Below are positions 44,901 to 54,982 of a DNA stretch of 64,000 nucleotides, in pieces. The DNA is from a virus. The translations under genes and the position numbers were made by a program. Location of the stretch: positions 1-64,000 of the IMG/VR virus record IMGVR_UViG_3300050821_007696, one strand, 5' to 3'. Position 1 is the first letter of the stretch. The number at the start of each line of letters is the position of its first letter. The notes below the pieces were generated by a model. It ran no database searches. It was not told the origin of the DNA and saw only the letters and a list, made by a program, of their open reading frames with translations.

Positions 44901-47660
44901 AACGGCGCGGCCTGGTGCGGCTCCGGGCAGGGCGGCAGCGCGCAGGGCCAGGGCGGCGGCGGCGGCAGCGGCGCGTCGGCTCCCGGTACGCCGTCAGGCG
45001 GAAGTTCCCCCGGCGGCGGCGGAGGCGGCGGTTTCTGCGGTGCCTACTTCCAGTACGCCGCGCAGGCCGCCCAGGCGACGCCGGGCCAGGCGCAAGTCAA
45101 CTACATGGGCGCTAACGGCGCCAACGGCCTGGTGCAGCTCACCTACGCCATCGGCAACGGCAGCCCGGTCAACGGCGGCAGCACCACCTTCGGGTCGTCG
45201 AGTACTACCGGGACCGTGGTGACCGCGAACGGCGGCCAGTCGGTCGCGCTGAATTCCGCGACGGGAGCAGTCGGCGGCAGCGGTTCCTCGAACACCCTGC
45301 ACACCCCCGGCGGCGCAGGCGGCCTCGACACCGGCACGTCGATGGGCTCGTGGATGCTCGGCCCGTCAGTCAGCTCGCTGTTCCAGACGCTGTCCTCGTT
45401 CAGCTACAGCGCGGCCAGCCACACCTCCGGCGCCGCGGCCAGCTCGTGCGCGCAGGGCGGCGCCGTCGTGCTCGTGCAGTCGGCGGCCCCTGTATTCGAC
45501 CTGACCGTCACCGACTCCGCGGGCAACACCTACCTGAACCAGGGGCAGCAGGGCGGCGGCGCCGGCGGATCGACTGGCTGCATCTACGTGTTCACCTCGC
45601 CGCTGGTCTTCCCGGTCACGACGAGCACCACCCTGACCGTAAGCTCGGCGACCAGCCAGCAGTACGGCGCCATCTGGTACGCCAGCCCGTGGATCACCGA
45701 CTCCACCGGGAGCAACACCGGGCAGGGTAACGGCACCGGCACTGCGGTCAGCGGCCAGTTCGGGGTCACCGACAATGTCTCGGCGCAGTACGAGCTGGTG
45801 CTGGCGTTCAACGCCACCAACCAGAGCTTCGGCACCCCGACGTTCGGCGGCAAGCTCTGGTACGCGCCCGGCTCGACGGCTTCCCTGCTGTCCGGCAGCC
45901 TGTCGATGCAGGCGTACGTCGGCCTGAACGAGGGCGGCGGCACCGGCACGGCGAACGGCGACCAGTTCGCGCTGACCCTCGGCGGCAGCTCGTCGTGGGC
46001 GGTGCTGTGCATCCCGCTGATGGCCGCCAGCCAGCAGGCGTACACGCCCAAGCTCGACTGGCGGGCCGGCACCACGCCGGGAGCATCGACCACGTGGGGC
46101 ATCGACGCCTCCGTCTCCGCCGAGGGCATGATCGCCGTCGTCGGCATGGCAGGCAGTGGCTCGTCAATCACCGCCGGGCCGAGCGCGTTCAGCGACCAGG
46201 GAGGCAACGCCTACACCGTCCGGAGCACAGTCGTCCTGCCGTCTAACGGCGGCGTGGTGTTCCTGGCGACCGCCCCGGTCACCGCGGCGATGGTGCAGGG
46301 CGCGTCGGGCACGGTCAGCTGGGGCCACGCCTCGGCCGCGCCGAACTACTGGACCGCCGCGTACTGGATTCCTAACGCCACCGGCTTCGACGGCGTGTCG
46401 GCGGTAACCGGCAGCAGCTCGGCTCCGGCCGCGGTGTACGCCCCGTCGGCCAGCAACACCATGGCTTTCGCTGTGTTCGGTAACGCCGTGACAGGCACTG
46501 CTGCGGTGAGCGGGGCTGCCGCGCCGTGGAACTACATCGACACCAATACCCAGTCGTACCTGGACGCTCAGACATGGGCTTGCCAGGTGACCGACGTCAA
46601 CCCGGTAACCGCGTCGGGTTCGCTCGGTATCTCCGCCCCGTGGGCCGTGCTCGTATTCGGGCTCCAGATGAGCGTGCGGGCAGCGGGCGGCGGCGCGGCG
46701 GGCGGTCCCGGCAATGCGGGCTACCCGTCTACTTTCTACGGGGGCGGTCCAGGCTACTCCGGCGGCGGCAAGGGCGGTCTCGGTGCGCAGTCCCTGAATA
46801 CCAACGGCGGGGGCGCCAGCCTGCCTGGCGGAGGCGGGGGCGGCTCGTTCGGCTCGACGACGACCTCGATTCCCGGCGGCCAGGGCGGGCAGGGCGCGGT
46901 ACGGGTAACTTACAGCCCGCCGCTGACTCCGTTCAACACGCTGATCGTGCACCGGCCGGGGCAGGGGGCTAACCAGAATCTCAGCCCGCTGCTGTCCATT
47001 CCGTTCTCTGACGTGCCCAATAACACTGAGTACACCGTCGTGAACGCTTCCCAGCCGTCGGTGAACGCGGTGTTCAACAGCACCTACACGGTCATCCTGG
47101 TCAACCACGCCTGGGACTCGGCGAACCTCGGCAGCGCCCGGACGATCACCGTGACCGTCTCGCAGTACGAGTACCCCGGCGGCCCGGCCAGCTCCGTCCA
47201 GGTCAGCCGGTCGGTGACGCCGTCGACGGACGTGGTGAACGGCATCCTCAACATGGGCGAGGTCACCCTGCCCATCAAGGACTACGCCAAGTTCAACGAC
47301 CAGTCGCACTTCACCGTGTCGGTCAACGATACCGACCAGAACGACCGGTTCATGGACGTGCTGTTCCTCGACACGACCGGGCAGACCGTGATGATCAACA
47401 TCGACCCCAGCCAGCCGGGCTACAACACCTACGTCAACTACTACATCGACGAGCCGACCGCCGACCGCGACCTGGGCTTCGTCGGTGGCACCTGCCAGGA
47501 CCGGCAGCACAACGTGAGCCTGATGGAGTACACGTTCATCTCCGGCGGCCCGCTGTACATCGGCGCGGGTGACAACCTGCTGCTGACCTACTCCCCGTCA
47601 GGTGCGCCGAGCCTCGGGCTGTCCTATAGCCCTCGCTGGTACCTAGATAGAATTGTGTGA
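41970..47660 (+). CDS. large minor tail protein (Dit-like region, CBM-like and Gly-rich domains)
   Basis: follows tape measure; NRTMTIPV Dit-like segment; DGTFESGVSQW CBM-like; CWGAGGAG Gly-rich modules. Confidence 0.85.
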   Translation: MPAYSGSAFPYWMTIAGNGSVANPGAVSENIPVTVGTSYTLTADASFSGFFAGGMKLTLTWFQSNGTQISQVTATSGAMSPNQIVSLSTTPTAAPATAAYAVATVAAAGLPGASNVLSVYAASVAPQGSVSINVNYAFTWTFWPWTAVNSASLGWQASQFLPQNSDSLVLAQTIELMGGAGGVPCQAVPSLLDSNGTGPRFRVLAPPSMNSAAYGYEGSYDLNAPQPTQDVVASMLLDGERPFGTRAANRTMTIPVIIFGTLAGGMRQVLAAREYLMSLIDRQTWQITWTPADTGKPLIYDCFRALPSVPVYGFNYSAGGSASGSAVGRPNYPVALITLSIQALPYGRSDIDGIQSLPFSNSLLSSPVPPGSVSIDTFSSVTGGQGWVQDSTKFVQGGTASIRYDAPVPVASPYPAAVYSRTLGAAASIIGLPALSVWLGQAYDTQWPASPSFASNVTLAWTLTDGLGRTLSFSKTQNAAAWGATPSTPKWTLVTAAIPQGTANFSYGDVTAYSVRVTNWAGSGTTGLVRMHAWLNDLVANPQTVANQASPRGTLYNLFSLPGSARAPVNVQAQLPATAPVTQEITTPSSGTWIVPPAVYQLQGECWGAGGAGATVNQSRPTAGGGGGGGEYAAEPVLNVLPGMQVPYSLGAGGTPSQIQQTVIDQTVPGLHSWLCPANVTSALVECWGGGAAGAAGAGGGGAGGYASANISVIPGTSYLLSVGAGGQANTGTTSADNAARNGGSTWFGGPGTTGTGNALIVATGGISPQTGTAGGGTGGTGAVSGLGIADGTFESGVSQWTPVNAAVVRSSAQAHSGTYSAQVTVSGSPASASLQDGISYMVSVSPGVQYTTTLWVYTATAGQTMHASVFWYDKNFNPLSTSAASGTGISASTWTLLSETATAPAGAVYAAYGPVVTSPAANLVFYTDDVFLNYAVTTTYPGGNGGHAPGGGGGGGGGCGDHTGRGHHGHPPASNGNGAAWCGSGQGGSAQGQGGGGGSGASAPGTPSGGSSPGGGGGGGFCGAYFQYAAQAAQATPGQAQVNYMGANGANGLVQLTYAIGNGSPVNGGSTTFGSSSTTGTVVTANGGQSVALNSATGAVGGSGSSNTLHTPGGAGGLDTGTSMGSWMLGPSVSSLFQTLSSFSYSAASHTSGAAASSCAQGGAVVLVQSAAPVFDLTVTDSAGNTYLNQGQQGGGAGGSTGCIYVFTSPLVFPVTTSTTLTVSSATSQQYGAIWYASPWITDSTGSNTGQGNGTGTAVSGQFGVTDNVSAQYELVLAFNATNQSFGTPTFGGKLWYAPGSTASLLSGSLSMQAYVGLNEGGGTGTANGDQFALTLGGSSSWAVLCIPLMAASQQAYTPKLDWRAGTTPGASTTWGIDASVSAEGMIAVVGMAGSGSSITAGPSAFSDQGGNAYTVRSTVVLPSNGGVVFLATAPVTAAMVQGASGTVSWGHASAAPNYWTAAYWIPNATGFDGVSAVTGSSSAPAAVYAPSASNTMAFAVFGNAVTGTAAVSGAAAPWNYIDTNTQSYLDAQTWACQVTDVNPVTASGSLGISAPWAVLVFGLQMSVRAAGGGAAGGPGNAGYPSTFYGGGPGYSGGGKGGLGAQSLNTNGGGASLPGGGGGGSFGSTTTSIPGGQGGQGAVRVTYSPPLTPFNTLIVHRPGQGANQNLSPLLSIPFSDVPNNTEYTVVNASQPSVNAVFNSTYTVILVNHAWDSANLGSARTITVTVSQYEYPGGPASSVQVSRSVTPSTDVVNGILNMGEVTLPIKDYAKFNDQSHFTVSVNDTDQNDRFMDVLFLDTTGQTVMINIDPSQPGYNTYVNYYIDEPTADRDLGFVGGTCQDRQHNVSLMEYTFISGGPLYIGAGDNLLLTYSPSGAPSLGLSYSPRWYLDRIV

Positions 47661-47674
47661 CGGGTGGTGACTGA

Positions 47675-50600
47675 GTGACCGCGACCCCCCCGAAGCCGTC
47701 CCTGGTCAAGTCTTCCGCGCTGTCGATGACGCAGGCGGTGACCAACCGGCTCAACAACCTGCTGCCGACGGTGCTGTCCCCCGAGTCCCCTGTTACCGTC
47801 TACCAGGCGGGCACGATCGGCGTCGGCGGGCAGCTGAACGCTCCCACGTCGGTGTTCCCGGCGGGCGCCGGCTACTACGGCGTGTGGACCGCGCCCGACC
47901 TGAACAACGGCAAGGACTACACGGTCCAGGTTGAGTGCTTCGGCGGCGGCGGCGGCGGCGGAGGCGGCTCGGCGACCACAGGCGGGGGCGGCGGGGGCGG
48001 CGGCGAGTACGCCGCGGAGACCTATTACCCGGTCAAGCCGGGCACCGACTACGTCTGGGTGGTCGGCGTCCCCGGCAGCGCCGGCACCGCCAACAGCAAC
48101 AACAACCAGGGCGCGACCGCGGGCGGCACCGGCGGCCTAACCGTATTCGACATCGCCGGGACCGGCGTCGCAGGCGGTGTTTCCGCGCACGGCGGGCAGG
48201 GCGGCGACACCGGGAATACCGGCATCGGCGGCACTGGCGGCACCGGCAGCTTCAATACCACCGAGTACTCCGGTGGCGCGGGCGGTACCGACCTGCCGGG
48301 CGGCGGGGGCGGGTCAGGCGGCCAGGGCGGTACCGACAATCCCATCGCCCTGTACATCGCCGGGCTGCTGAGCGCGCCGGTGCAGGCGTGGTACGTCCTC
48401 AACGACGCGTCGTCAACCGGCCTGGTCAACGACAACTCGGGGAACGATAACCCGGCTTCCCTGGCGGGGGTCAACGGCAACAACCTCGCGTTCGGGCTGC
48501 CGGGGGCGCCGTCCCAGGTTCCCGCTTACCAGCTGGCGGCTAATCCGCCGAGTTCGCCGAACCCGGCAGACGCCGGAGCGCAGGTGCAGTTCCCGCTGAG
48601 TTCGCTCAACCAGGCGGCCGGATGCCTCCTCACGCCGGGAATCTTCTTCCAGGGGCACCACGCCACTATTTCCGGGTGGATCACTCCCGACCCGAGCGGC
48701 ACCTGGGGCAATACGGCGACCAGCTCGTACGCGGTTGTCGCCGCGAACACGACCGGTTACCGCCAGTTCTACCCGAACTACGCCGGCGCCGCCGTGTTCC
48801 TGCTGAACACCGGCACGCCTTCGCGCCCCGCCTGGACGCTCAACTTCTACTGTGGCAACGGCACTCTGTTCCAGCAGGTCAGCACACCGCTCGCACCCGT
48901 GGCGGGCACTGCGGTCTACGTTGCCGCCACGTTCAGCAGCGGCACCATGACCCTGTACGTCAACGGCACCAGTGCAGGCACTGCCACCGCCGCGTTTTCG
49001 TCGCTGCCCGGCGGCGCGTACAGCATGACCATCGGCATGAGCCCGGTGACGAACGGCGACTGGTTTTTCGGGAACATGTCGAATCTCTGGTTCGCTGACG
49101 GTGTTCTCAGTTCTCCGGGTGTCACCCAGGCGTACTCTGGCTCCGGCGGGGGCTCCACTGAGGGCGGGGCAGGGGGCGGGGCCTCCGGGGGACCTGCTGC
49201 CGTTGGCGGGGCTGGCGCGGCAGGCAGCGGGTCCTCCGGGGGGGCGGGCGGCGTTCCGGCGACCCAGCCGGCCGCGGACATCGGGCTGAACACCCCCGCG
49301 TCGGCGGGCATCGCGGGCGCGGCCGGCAACGCGGGCAACAGCGGCATCACCGGCGCGGCGGGCGCGGGCGGCGGCGGGGCGGGCAGCTCCACGTCCCCGC
49401 CGAACATCATCACCATCCAGGTGCCGTTCACCACTGCCGCGTCCTACTGCGGGACCGACGCGACGGGCGGCGCCGCGGGCGCGGTCTACAACCCGGTCAT
49501 CCAGGGCACCACCGGTCGGCTGTTCACCGGCGGCCAGTCGCAGGACAGTGCCAGCGGCTCAAAGAACTCGCTGCTGATCCTGCCGCCGAATCTCGCCGCC
49601 GGGCTGCAGAGCGGCAGTTACACGGTCCTGCGGGTGACCCTCACCGTCACCAACGCCAACCCGCAGGCCGCCCAGAACGCCCTGATGCAGGTCAGCTGGA
49701 GCACGGACACGTTCCTGCCAATCACCTACGCCGCAGGCGACCTGGCCGGCTCGGCCGGCGTGGTAGAGATCCCCGTCGGGGCCTACCAGGTCACCGCCGA
49801 CCTGACCGAGTCCCAGCTAGGCAGCTACCTGCAGAGCGGCGGCGCGACTGCCCTGGTCCTCGGCCCCGGGCCTGCGCCCACCTTCGCCGCCTACAGCGCA
49901 GCTACCGCGGCGGACTTCTACACCGCCGTCTACGGGCCGGGCGCTGCCGACAACGCGGGCAACAGCCTCGCGCCGTACCTGACGATTACCTACGCGCAGT
50001 CCACCACCGTGCAGCAGGGCTCCCCCGGCGGGGCCGGCGCGGTCCTGCTCACCTACCTCAACCAGGCGCAGACCCTGGTCGGGAACTGGACCTCTACCGC
50101 GGGCCTCAACGCCCAGGGCGGCCAGCTCACCGAGACGTCGGTAGTGCTCGGCTCGGCCAACGTCACCGACGGGCTCCCGTTCCGCCTGTCCCCGGACCTG
50201 ACCGACGCCCAGCGGGACGCTATCAGTACTGCGATCCGGGAACAGTTCACGGCTGCCCTTGGCGCGGAGTTCGGCAGGCGGCTGGGCGGCGGCATCGCCG
50301 GGGCGCCGGGCATCATCGCCGGCTACACCGCGGGCACTACCACGACCACGCAGTCAACGCCGGGCACCTACACCTTCACCGTGCCCGCCGGGGTCACCTC
50401 CCTCAACGTCCAGTGCTGGGGCGCAGGCGCCGGCGGCACCGGCGGTAACAGCAGCAACGGCCAGGGGGCCGGCGGCGGCGGTGCGTACGCGGGCGAGCCG
50501 AATTACGCGGTCACCCCGGGCCAGGTCATCAGCTACACCGTCGGCGCGGGCGGGACCGGCGACGCGGTCGGGTCCAGCAGCGGCCCGTCCGGCGGCCCCA

Positions 50601-51577
50601 CTACGTTCGACACCACGCACGTCGCGGGCAGCGGCGTCAACGCCAACGGCGGGCAGTACTACCAGAGCAGCTTCAACTACGGTCCCGGCGGCTCGACGTC
50701 CGGCAACACGGTCGCCTTCTCCGGCGGCAACGGCGGCCCTCTCAACCACGGCCAGCCGAACGGGTCGGGCGGCGGCGGATCGGCCGGGTCGGCGGGCAAC
50801 GGCGGCGGCGGTTCCCAGGGCGGTACGGCGGGCGCGGCGGGCAACGGGGGCGGCGCGGCCGGCGGCCAGGGCTCCAACACGAGTTCGGGAAGCAACGGCG
50901 TGGCTCCCGGCGGAGGCGGCGGCGGCGCAGTGCACGGGTCGTCGGGCAACCACGGCGGCAACGGCGGCAACGGCAAGATCAACATCGTCTACGCCTCGTC
51001 CACGGCCCTGGCCACCTCGGTAGCCACCGCTCCCGGCACCGACGGCGCGGGCAACCCCTACCCGACCGGCGTGATGACCCCGGCGCTCCAGGTCAACGGC
51101 ACCACCACCACCACGACGGCCACCGTGTCCGGTACGACCACGACAGGCGTGCTGAGCGTATCGGGTACCGGCACAGTCGGCGGGGCACTGACCGCCAACA
51201 CCCAGGTGCTGATCAACGCCACCGGCTCCGCTGCCCTGGAAGTCGGCGGCAACGCGCACGTGACCAGCAGTCTCCAGGCGGACGGCGGCTTCACCACCGC
51301 GGCTTCCCTGAATGCCGGCTCCCAGGTGCTGGTCAACGCTACCGGCGCCGCGGCCCTTGAGGTCGGCGGCAACGGCCACATCACCGGCGGCCTGCAAGTC
51401 GACGGCAGCATCGTCACCTCGTCCGGCGGTTCCATTCCGCAGGCGGTGCCGAGTACCGCGGGCTCGCCGGCCGCGCAGGGCACCTGGAGCAGCGGGCAGC
51501 AAGCCTGGGCGGCCTCGGTCACCACGATCGTCAACGACATCCGTGCCCAGCTGCTCCTGGCCGGCGTACTTCAGTAG
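47675..51577 (+). CDS. Gly-rich tail fibre with LamG/concanavalin-like domain
   Basis: YVAATFSSGTMTLYVNG; Gly-rich modules; C-terminal beta repeats. Confidence 0.85.
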   Translation: MTATPPKPSLVKSSALSMTQAVTNRLNNLLPTVLSPESPVTVYQAGTIGVGGQLNAPTSVFPAGAGYYGVWTAPDLNNGKDYTVQVECFGGGGGGGGGSATTGGGGGGGGEYAAETYYPVKPGTDYVWVVGVPGSAGTANSNNNQGATAGGTGGLTVFDIAGTGVAGGVSAHGGQGGDTGNTGIGGTGGTGSFNTTEYSGGAGGTDLPGGGGGSGGQGGTDNPIALYIAGLLSAPVQAWYVLNDASSTGLVNDNSGNDNPASLAGVNGNNLAFGLPGAPSQVPAYQLAANPPSSPNPADAGAQVQFPLSSLNQAAGCLLTPGIFFQGHHATISGWITPDPSGTWGNTATSSYAVVAANTTGYRQFYPNYAGAAVFLLNTGTPSRPAWTLNFYCGNGTLFQQVSTPLAPVAGTAVYVAATFSSGTMTLYVNGTSAGTATAAFSSLPGGAYSMTIGMSPVTNGDWFFGNMSNLWFADGVLSSPGVTQAYSGSGGGSTEGGAGGGASGGPAAVGGAGAAGSGSSGGAGGVPATQPAADIGLNTPASAGIAGAAGNAGNSGITGAAGAGGGGAGSSTSPPNIITIQVPFTTAASYCGTDATGGAAGAVYNPVIQGTTGRLFTGGQSQDSASGSKNSLLILPPNLAAGLQSGSYTVLRVTLTVTNANPQAAQNALMQVSWSTDTFLPITYAAGDLAGSAGVVEIPVGAYQVTADLTESQLGSYLQSGGATALVLGPGPAPTFAAYSAATAADFYTAVYGPGAADNAGNSLAPYLTITYAQSTTVQQGSPGGAGAVLLTYLNQAQTLVGNWTSTAGLNAQGGQLTETSVVLGSANVTDGLPFRLSPDLTDAQRDAISTAIREQFTAALGAEFGRRLGGGIAGAPGIIAGYTAGTTTTTQSTPGTYTFTVPAGVTSLNVQCWGAGAGGTGGNSSNGQGAGGGGAYAGEPNYAVTPGQVISYTVGAGGTGDAVGSSSGPSGGPTTFDTTHVAGSGVNANGGQYYQSSFNYGPGGSTSGNTVAFSGGNGGPLNHGQPNGSGGGGSAGSAGNGGGGSQGGTAGAAGNGGGAAGGQGSNTSSGSNGVAPGGGGGGAVHGSSGNHGGNGGNGKINIVYASSTALATSVATAPGTDGAGNPYPTGVMTPALQVNGTTTTTTATVSGTTTTGVLSVSGTGTVGGALTANTQVLINATGSAALEVGGNAHVTSSLQADGGFTTAASLNAGSQVLVNATGAAALEVGGNGHITGGLQVDGSIVTSSGGSIPQAVPSTAGSPAAQGTWSSGQQAWAASVTTIVNDIRAQLLLAGVLQ

Positions 51578-51593
51578 GCAGAGGAGGTGAGGC

Positions 51594-53318
51594 ATGGCAC
51601 TGGAGAAGCTGGACGCCACCCAGCTGTGCACCTGGGCGCCGCCGCTGCCGGCCCGCGCGTTCCCCATCCAGGCGGCCGGAGTGACCAGCGACGGGGTGAG
51701 CCTCGGCGGCACCGCGGTCAACGGCGTGCGCTACGGGTACTTCCTGCTCAACACCAGCCAGTGGGGGGTCAGCGCCAGCCTTAACCTGCCGCCGGTCAAC
51801 GCGGGCGAGCGGTTCCAGCTGTGGACGGCGGCGAGCGGCAGCACTTTCCTCATGCCGAGCGCTTTCGCCACCGCGCAGGCACTGCCGCCTTCGCTGTCCC
51901 CGGTGGGCAGCACGAACGGCGCGTCGGCGCCGGACCTGTTCAACGTCTTCATGATGTCGCCCACCGAGTGGACACTGAAGGACGCTACCTTGTGCTCGGT
52001 GGTGTCGACCCGGCAGAGCAGCGCGAACTCCTGGTACGTTTACTACTCGCCGTACAACCCGGCTGTTACCGTCACGCCGGGCAGGGACGGCCTGCGCACA
52101 GTCCCGGAACTGTCGGACCCGCGGTGGCTCGGCCAGGTCGGGCACGTAGCCGGCGTCGACTACACCTATTCGATTCCCGGCGGCCCCGACCAGCTGACCT
52201 GCGTGCTGCAGACCGAGCCGGACTACCGGACCAGCGCGATCAACCCCGGCCGGGTCGTCACCGCGCACCGCGGCGGGTCGTGCATCTGGGAGGGCACGCT
52301 GACGGAGCCGGTTCCGGCGCCGACCGGCTGGACGCTGACGGCCAACGGGTGCGGTACCTACGGGACCAACTTCGGCGCCTGGTGGCAGCCGGACGCTCCC
52401 GGCACCTGGAACGTCGACGCGCCGCTCGACTTCGCGATCGGCCGCGGGCTGCGCTGGACGAACCTCGGGCTGAACGCGCCCGGCGGTGCCTACCTGGGAC
52501 CGGTGCAGAACCCGGGTTCCCTGACTATCACGGATTTCATGAACCTGCTGTGCACCGGCGGCGCCCTGTCCTGGCAGCTGGTGCAGCCGCCGTCGGCCAG
52601 CTCGTTCCCGCCCGGCCCGTGGGTGCTCGACCTGTTCCCGCTGCCGACCGACACCTCCGGCAACCCGATCGAGTCAGCGCCCAGCAACGTCCTGTCGTCC
52701 CAGCTGTTCACCTTCAACCGGTGGTCCCGGTCAGACTTGTCGTCCACCTTGTCCAGACGGCCGCCGGACCTGTACATCGTCAACACCAACCCGGTAGGCC
52801 GGACTATCACCGCCGACATCAACACGATCATCATCTACTACCAGGTCACCGCCGACACGGTGGCGACGGCGACGGTCCCGGCGGTCGCGGCGACCTACAG
52901 CACCACGTTCGCCGACATCCCGGCCTCGGTCGCGCTGCACGGGCGGCTGGAGTACTACCTGGACGTGTCGAGTGCGGGAGTGATGACTCAGCCGCAGGCG
53001 GCGGCGATCGCAGCGAACGTACTGGCCAAGTACGTTCGTGCCAACTTCAGCGGCACCTTCACCGTGCAGCCGGGCCAGCTGCTCAACGTCGGCGGCCACC
53101 CTGTCGACCTGGGCTGCAACTGGGGCGGGTACATGGCGTCGGTGCAGGTGGAGAACTTCGCGGCCGGCGGCGAGGTGGGCTTCGGCCCGATCACGTTCCA
53201 GATCGGCGAGTACGAGTTCAGCGACGACACGCAGACCGCGACGATCACGCCGTACCAGAATGCCCGCACCGATCTGGCGTCGGTGATCGCCCAGCTGTAT
53301 CCGGGGAAGTTTTCATGA
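51594..53318 (+). CDS. minor tail protein (baseplate hub-like)
   Basis: YSIPGGPDQL...IWEGTL; position. Confidence 0.75.
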   Translation: MALEKLDATQLCTWAPPLPARAFPIQAAGVTSDGVSLGGTAVNGVRYGYFLLNTSQWGVSASLNLPPVNAGERFQLWTAASGSTFLMPSAFATAQALPPSLSPVGSTNGASAPDLFNVFMMSPTEWTLKDATLCSVVSTRQSSANSWYVYYSPYNPAVTVTPGRDGLRTVPELSDPRWLGQVGHVAGVDYTYSIPGGPDQLTCVLQTEPDYRTSAINPGRVVTAHRGGSCIWEGTLTEPVPAPTGWTLTANGCGTYGTNFGAWWQPDAPGTWNVDAPLDFAIGRGLRWTNLGLNAPGGAYLGPVQNPGSLTITDFMNLLCTGGALSWQLVQPPSASSFPPGPWVLDLFPLPTDTSGNPIESAPSNVLSSQLFTFNRWSRSDLSSTLSRRPPDLYIVNTNPVGRTITADINTIIIYYQVTADTVATATVPAVAATYSTTFADIPASVALHGRLEYYLDVSSAGVMTQPQAAAIAANVLAKYVRANFSGTFTVQPGQLLNVGGHPVDLGCNWGGYMASVQVENFAAGGEVGFGPITFQIGEYEFSDDTQTATITPYQNARTDLASVIAQLYPGKFS

Positions 53319-53328
53319 TACTTCCCCG

Positions 53329-53901
53329 GTGGGAGACACAGCCTCCCGGCTGGACACCGTGGAAAGCACACCGGGGGAACCGGGAGTAGCTAGCGCAGTG
53401 CACGAGTCAGAGTCGCAGCCGGTCCCTCCGTGGTGGACCGACCCCACGGTCAACGTGCAGGCGCTGGTCGAAGCGGCGATGAAGCGGCAGGACGACCTGC
53501 GCGACGCCGAGAGGTACCACATCAGGGAGATTATGACTCTGCGCGCGCAGCACTATTCGGAGCTGCGGCAGGCCGAGGCGGACAGGATCAACGCCATCCA
53601 GACGCGCAGCGACCTGACCGTGCAGCGTGCGGCCGAAGTGCAGGCAGCCCAGGCGCAGACCCTGGCGAACCAGGTAGCCACGACGGCGGATGCCTTCCGC
53701 GCATCGCTTGCAGCAGCTCTCGCGCCCATCATGGCGTCAATTGAAGACCTGCGGCGAGCGCAGTACGAGGCACAGGGGCAGAAAACGCAGGTAGTCGAGT
53801 CGCGCGGGAGCAGCCAGTTCACTGCTACCACTGTTATCGCTGCTACCGTAGCCGTTGCCACGATCCTCACCCTGATCCTGCTGTACGTAACGAAGAAGTA
53901 G
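53329..53901 (+). CDS. coiled-coil protein with C-terminal TM helix
   Basis: hydrophobic C-terminus; lysis-module position. Confidence 0.7.
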   Translation: MGDTASRLDTVESTPGEPGVASAVHESESQPVPPWWTDPTVNVQALVEAAMKRQDDLRDAERYHIREIMTLRAQHYSELRQAEADRINAIQTRSDLTVQRAAEVQAAQAQTLANQVATTADAFRASLAAALAPIMASIEDLRRAQYEAQGQKTQVVESRGSSQFTATTVIAATVAVATILTLILLYVTKK

Positions 53902-53906
53902 CCGCA

Positions 53907-54227
53907 GTGGACAGCTCCCTTATCGACTACCTCCTCGGCAGCGGCGGGGCAGCCGGCCTCGCGCTGCTGCTGATCCTCACGGGTGTCCTGGTTCCCAAGC
54001 CGTACCATAAGAGGCTAGAGGAGGAAATCGAGCAGCTGAAGCAGGCCAACGACACGCTTGCCAAGGCGAACGAGCAGCTGCGCGAGTCCAACAACCAGCT
54101 CGCGTCCAGCGGGCAGCTCACCAACCAGGTGATGACGGCCCTGGTGAGCCTGGCTGCCGGGCAGCGAACCGCAGTCCCTCTGCCCGCTGCCCCGGATACC
54201 ACGGGGCAGCCGGGGAAGGTCCCGTGA
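53907..54227 (+). CDS. membrane protein (holin-like)
   Basis: N-terminal TM LILTGVLVPK plus coiled coil. Confidence 0.7.
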   Translation: MDSSLIDYLLGSGGAAGLALLLILTGVLVPKPYHKRLEEEIEQLKQANDTLAKANEQLRESNNQLASSGQLTNQVMTALVSLAAGQRTAVPLPAAPDTTGQPGKVP

Positions 54228-54460
54228 TGTGGGTGCCCAAGATCATCAGGGAACGCCGTAAGCGCCTCGCCGACATGGCGTCAGACACCGCTGCGCGGAC
54301 CCGCCACGCGGACAAGGCCGTCGCCCAGGCGAAAACGCAATCTGCCAGGTCAGCGGTAATCGCGCAGCGTTCAGCGGAACTTGCCGAGGCGAATAACATT
54401 GCAGCGATACTCGCAGGCTCCCTGCGTATCGAGGGCACCCCCAACGGGCGTGAAAGGTAA
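54224..54460 (+). CDS. hypothetical protein
   Basis: coupled ORF. Confidence 0.65.
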   Translation: MMWVPKIIRERRKRLADMASDTAARTRHADKAVAQAKTQSARSAVIAQRSAELAEANNIAAILAGSLRIEGTPNGRER

Positions 54461-54463
54461 ATT

Positions 54464-54874
54464 ATGCTCCGGTCCGTTACCTGGCGCCTGTACACGGGAA
54501 TCGCCCTGTTCCTGGGGGCCGACATCGGGGCCGGCTTCTGGTTTGCGAACAACGGCAACGTCGAAGAGTGGATCTACCGCGTCGGGCTGGTCATGCTGGT
54601 GTTCTCGCCGCTGGTCCTGGTCGCGGTCTACACGATGCTGCGCCAGCAGTGGTGGAAGAACGACCTGGGGACCGCCCTGGTCTGGTGCTGCGTCACTTAC
54701 ATCCCGATCGCGATCCCGCTCGCCTGGGTGTTCGTATTCGACGGCGGGATACTGACCAACACCTGGCTCGCCTGGTTCGAGGTGTCCGGCCCGGTGCTGT
54801 CGTCGCTGTCGCTACTGCGCCTGGCCTACGTGTTCGCACGGATCGGCCGGGACAAGAAGAACGGAACGCACTGA
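54464..54874 (+). CDS. four-TM membrane protein (putative holin)
   Basis: four hydrophobic segments; basic C-terminal tail. Confidence 0.7.
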   Translation: MLRSVTWRLYTGIALFLGADIGAGFWFANNGNVEEWIYRVGLVMLVFSPLVLVAVYTMLRQQWWKNDLGTALVWCCVTYIPIAIPLAWVFVFDGGILTNTWLAWFEVSGPVLSSLSLLRLAYVFARIGRDKKNGTH

Positions 54875-54959
54875 AGGCCCGCCCGTAACGTGTGGAAAGT
54901 CGCTGCGGACGGGCCTCCGCTTCCGGTCGCGATACTCCGGTGGACGCGCCGGAAGTTTT

Positions 54960-54977
54960 CAGTGCCAGCTGGCACTA
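54960..54977 (-). repeat. 18-bp element, copy 5
   Basis: exact copy on the minus strand, 5 nt after a TAA stop; followed by AAAA as in copy 1. Confidence 0.95.
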
Positions 54978-54982
54978 ACCGG

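Noticed and set aside
43780-51000. GGC-rich repeats in tail genes as DNA repeats or DGR targets
   Set aside because: Explained by poly-Gly coding; no reverse transcriptase or template/variable repeat pair seen
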